From: Negaprion brevirostris | Lineage: Eukaryota | DNA length: 64,000 bases | Direction of reading: 5' to 3' | NCBI GenBank assembly: GCA_030324005.1 | Contig: JARDVH010000097.1 | Location: forward strand, 60,098,684-60,162,683 | Shown here: positions 61,268 through 64,000 of the stretch, in pieces | How positions within the stretch are numbered: position 1 is the first letter of the stretch | Layout: each line of letters opens with the position of its first letter | The notes under the pieces: model-generated | What the model was told of the DNA's origin: nothing | The model's database searches: none | The model's input: the letters and a program-made list of their open reading frames with translations, nothing else | Program-made: the position numbers and the translations under genes

Positions 61268-62815
61268 ATGCTGACAATGTGATAGACTTAGCTGAAATTC
61301 AGCTATGAACCTGCTCTGCTTAAGGTATACCCAGAGTTTGCTCTAAAAATAATGTGAGTGCAGATAGAGAACAGTGTTGTGGCAATATAGAGAGCAGCTG
61401 TGTATGGGACATTCAAATATCATTAGGCCATTCAGCCCTTTAAGCCTCCACCATTTAATTCTGTCATGAGCTGATCTGAAGCAAATGTAATTGTTGATAA
61501 TATTCTTTCTACAATTTAAATTTCTAAGTTTTCATTAGTTCTGTCACCATATTATTGTGACATTCCAGACCCTCACCCTGCCCTCATAAGTGATTATTTT
61601 TCAGGACTTATAAAACCTGCACAAATTCAAGAATCAGAGTAAATTTTACAACCGCTTCAAATAAAGCACTGCAGAAACTAGATGCATTCTGGATGAATTG
61701 CTCTCAAAATCACTTTAAGTTTTTAAATTAGGAGACTCCAGTCATGCATTCATCTTCTGGGAGTGAGAGTGAATATATTAATTACTGCATCATGTTTGGA
61801 TAAAAGTTGGATTTTTACCAATTGTCTGCAGCTTTTTCGACAAAACTGCCAGGTTTATAAAAGCTGTGTACCTGTAAAACACACTGACATTTAGCAGAGA
61901 ATAATTTATTACAATTATGTGCATTGCTCACGAACATGTCATGAATATTGTTTGCAGCAGTGCTCACAAAGTGAAACAGTAGCTTTCTACCGGTCTAGTT
62001 CCATGATTTTTTATGTATTAAGAGTTGAGATTGTTAGGAAAAATGGGCTGACAGGATTTTTTTGGATGCTATGGTAGAGTGTTAAAATGCTGTTACACCC
62101 TTTTGTTGTACAAGTGTGCAGCACTTAGAAATTTTATTGCCAGCAGCGACCAGGTCATGATGTATTGATAATAAAAGAAATAACTTGTAGGAAGGTGTGT
62201 CTTCTCTCTTGAAAGAGCTAGGTATGAACTGTTGAAGCTGCTGCTCACATCCATACCCCAGAGCAAGAGAAAGAATATTCTGGAATGTAAATCAGTCCTC
62301 CTTCTTTCATTTAGATTCTTTAGCCAGCAATTAGGAACTATCTTGCCGAAAAAGAGCTTCTAATGAAAGGAGCTAAACTAAAGACAGAAATTAATTTGTA
62401 TAATGATAGAGCATCGGGAATATAATTATATAAACAATCACTTTCACATTTATTGTTTTACATTTATTAAATAAATCTAGAAATTGCAGCGGGCAATAGG
62501 AGCAAAATAATGGTTAACATGCTCCGAGGATGTTTGCTTGCTCACTGTTTCAATACTGCCATTGATCCATTCATTATAAATGGATTTCAAATATAGGTCC
62601 ATTGATTTTGCCAACAAGACTATACTGTTTAAGTGCCGATCAGCATAACTATGAAATAAAACAAAGATAAAATCAGTCATAATCTGTATAAATATGAGGA
62701 ACTATAGGTAATGCTTAAGTTGCACATTGTTCTTCGTGGCTATTTGAGACTGAGCCCTAATTTATTATTTAAATTCTTACTCCAATTGACATAATAGGAA
62801 GTAGTAGGCTTGCTG

Positions 62816-63021
62816 GGGGCAGTACAGTGGCACAGTGGTTAGCATCGCTGCTCCACAGCGCCAGGGACCCGGGTTCAATTCCTTGCTTGGGTCATTGTCT
62901 GTGCAGAGTTACACGTCCTCGCTGTGTTTGCATGGGTTTCCGCAGGGTGCTCCGGTTTCCTCCCACAGTCCGAAAGACGTGCTGGTTAGGTGCATTGGCC
63001 ATGCTAAATTCTCCCTCAGTG
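62816..63021 (+). mobile_element. HE1-like V-SINE (alternative-tail subtype), running into a gap
   Basis: Head plus V-domain; gctggttaggtgcattggccatgctaaattctccctc is diagnostic of the 6118 subtype. Confidence 0.88.
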
Positions 63022-64000
63022 NNNNNNNNNNNNNNNNNNNNNNNNNNNNNNNNNNNNNNNNNNNNNNNNNNNNNNNNNNNNNNNNNNNNNNNNNNNNNNN
63101 NNNNNNNNNNNNNNNNNNNNNNNNNNNNNNNNNNNNNNNNNNNNNNNNNNNNNNNNNNNNNNNNNNNNNNNNNNNNNNNNNNNNNNNNNNNNNNNNNNNN
63201 NNNNNNNNNNNNNNNNNNNNNNNNNNNNNNNNNNNNNNNNNNNNNNNNNNNNNNNNNNNNNNNNNNNNNNNNNNNNNNNNNNNNNNNNNNNNNNNNNNNN
63301 NNNNNNNNNNNNNNNNNNNNNNNNNNNNNNNNNNNNNNNNNNNNNNNNNNNNNNNNNNNNNNNNNNNNNNNNNNNNNNNNNNNNNNNNNNNNNNNNNNNN
63401 NNNNNNNNNNNNNNNNNNNNNNNNNNNNNNNNNNNNNNNNNNNNNNNNNNNNNNNNNNNNNNNNNNNNNNNNNNNNNNNNNNNNNNNNNNNNNNNNNNNN
63501 NNNNNNNNNNNNNNNNNNNNNNNNNNNNNNNNNNNNNNNNNNNNNNNNNNNNNNNNNNNNNNNNNNNNNNNNNNCCCCCACATGTCAGAATTTTGGGCTG
63601 GGGGAGTTGGGTGTGGGGTGGGTGGAGGGGGTGCGCAGCTAGTGAGGAGTCACTGGTGGGTTGGACAATCGGGCACATGTAAAAATTGAGCCTTCAAAAA
63701 GGCCCATTTAAGATGTCAGATGCTTAAGTCTCTGCTTCGAAGATGTCATGGACAGGTCAGTGGGAACATAAATGTTGTCCCACTGTTAGCTATCCCTGGA
63801 TCAGATGGCCCATCTTGGGCTTTCCCTGGGTGAATAAAACTGTCATTGTTACTGCTTGTACTGAGTTCAAGTAGTGGATTCATAAGACACAGCCATGGAG
63901 AGGGTATCGTCTTGGTACCACCACCTAATAAAGATATCTATTGTAATGTAGTTAGCTGCCATGCCTCTATCAGAATGTACCTACACTGTTGACCCTTGGT

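Noticed and set aside
7343-63689. Long ORFs in the track (e.g. 24149-24988, 37133-37840, 50180-51202, 62835-63689)
   Set aside because: They are long only because they read through N-gaps
1-64000. A novel multi-gene or prokaryote-type system (operon, CRISPR, defence island, viral insert)
   Set aside because: No intact ORF of meaningful length; the window is vertebrate intronic/intergenic DNA

Overview
Eukaryotic, AT-rich, repeat-dense non-coding DNA from a cartilaginous fish (shark). The assignment rests on about 14 full or partial copies of the elasmobranch HE1-type tRNA-derived V-SINE plus CR1-type LINE 3' ends. It is a gapped draft assembly with many N-runs, including exact 10-N and 100-N gaps. 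I could not identify any intact, nameable protein-coding gene, rRNA, tRNA or CRISPR array, and the listed ORFs are TE remnants, gap artefacts or chance. The window holds decayed CR1, L2-like and Rex1/Babar LINEs, three SINE superfamilies (V, Deu, probably Meta), two decayed two-gene PIF/Harbinger transposons with a swarm of related MITEs, and Penelope-like pieces, one with a degenerate minimal hammerhead ribozyme. TE-free AT-rich blocks look like conserved non-coding/enhancer DNA, and a CpG-enriched island at ~53.0-54.0 kb has promoter and splice signals. A few phase-compatible candidate exons are reported at low confidence. All TE boundaries are approximate (read by eye) and family names are from recalled consensus motifs, not a database search. 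I found no convincing novel multi-gene system.
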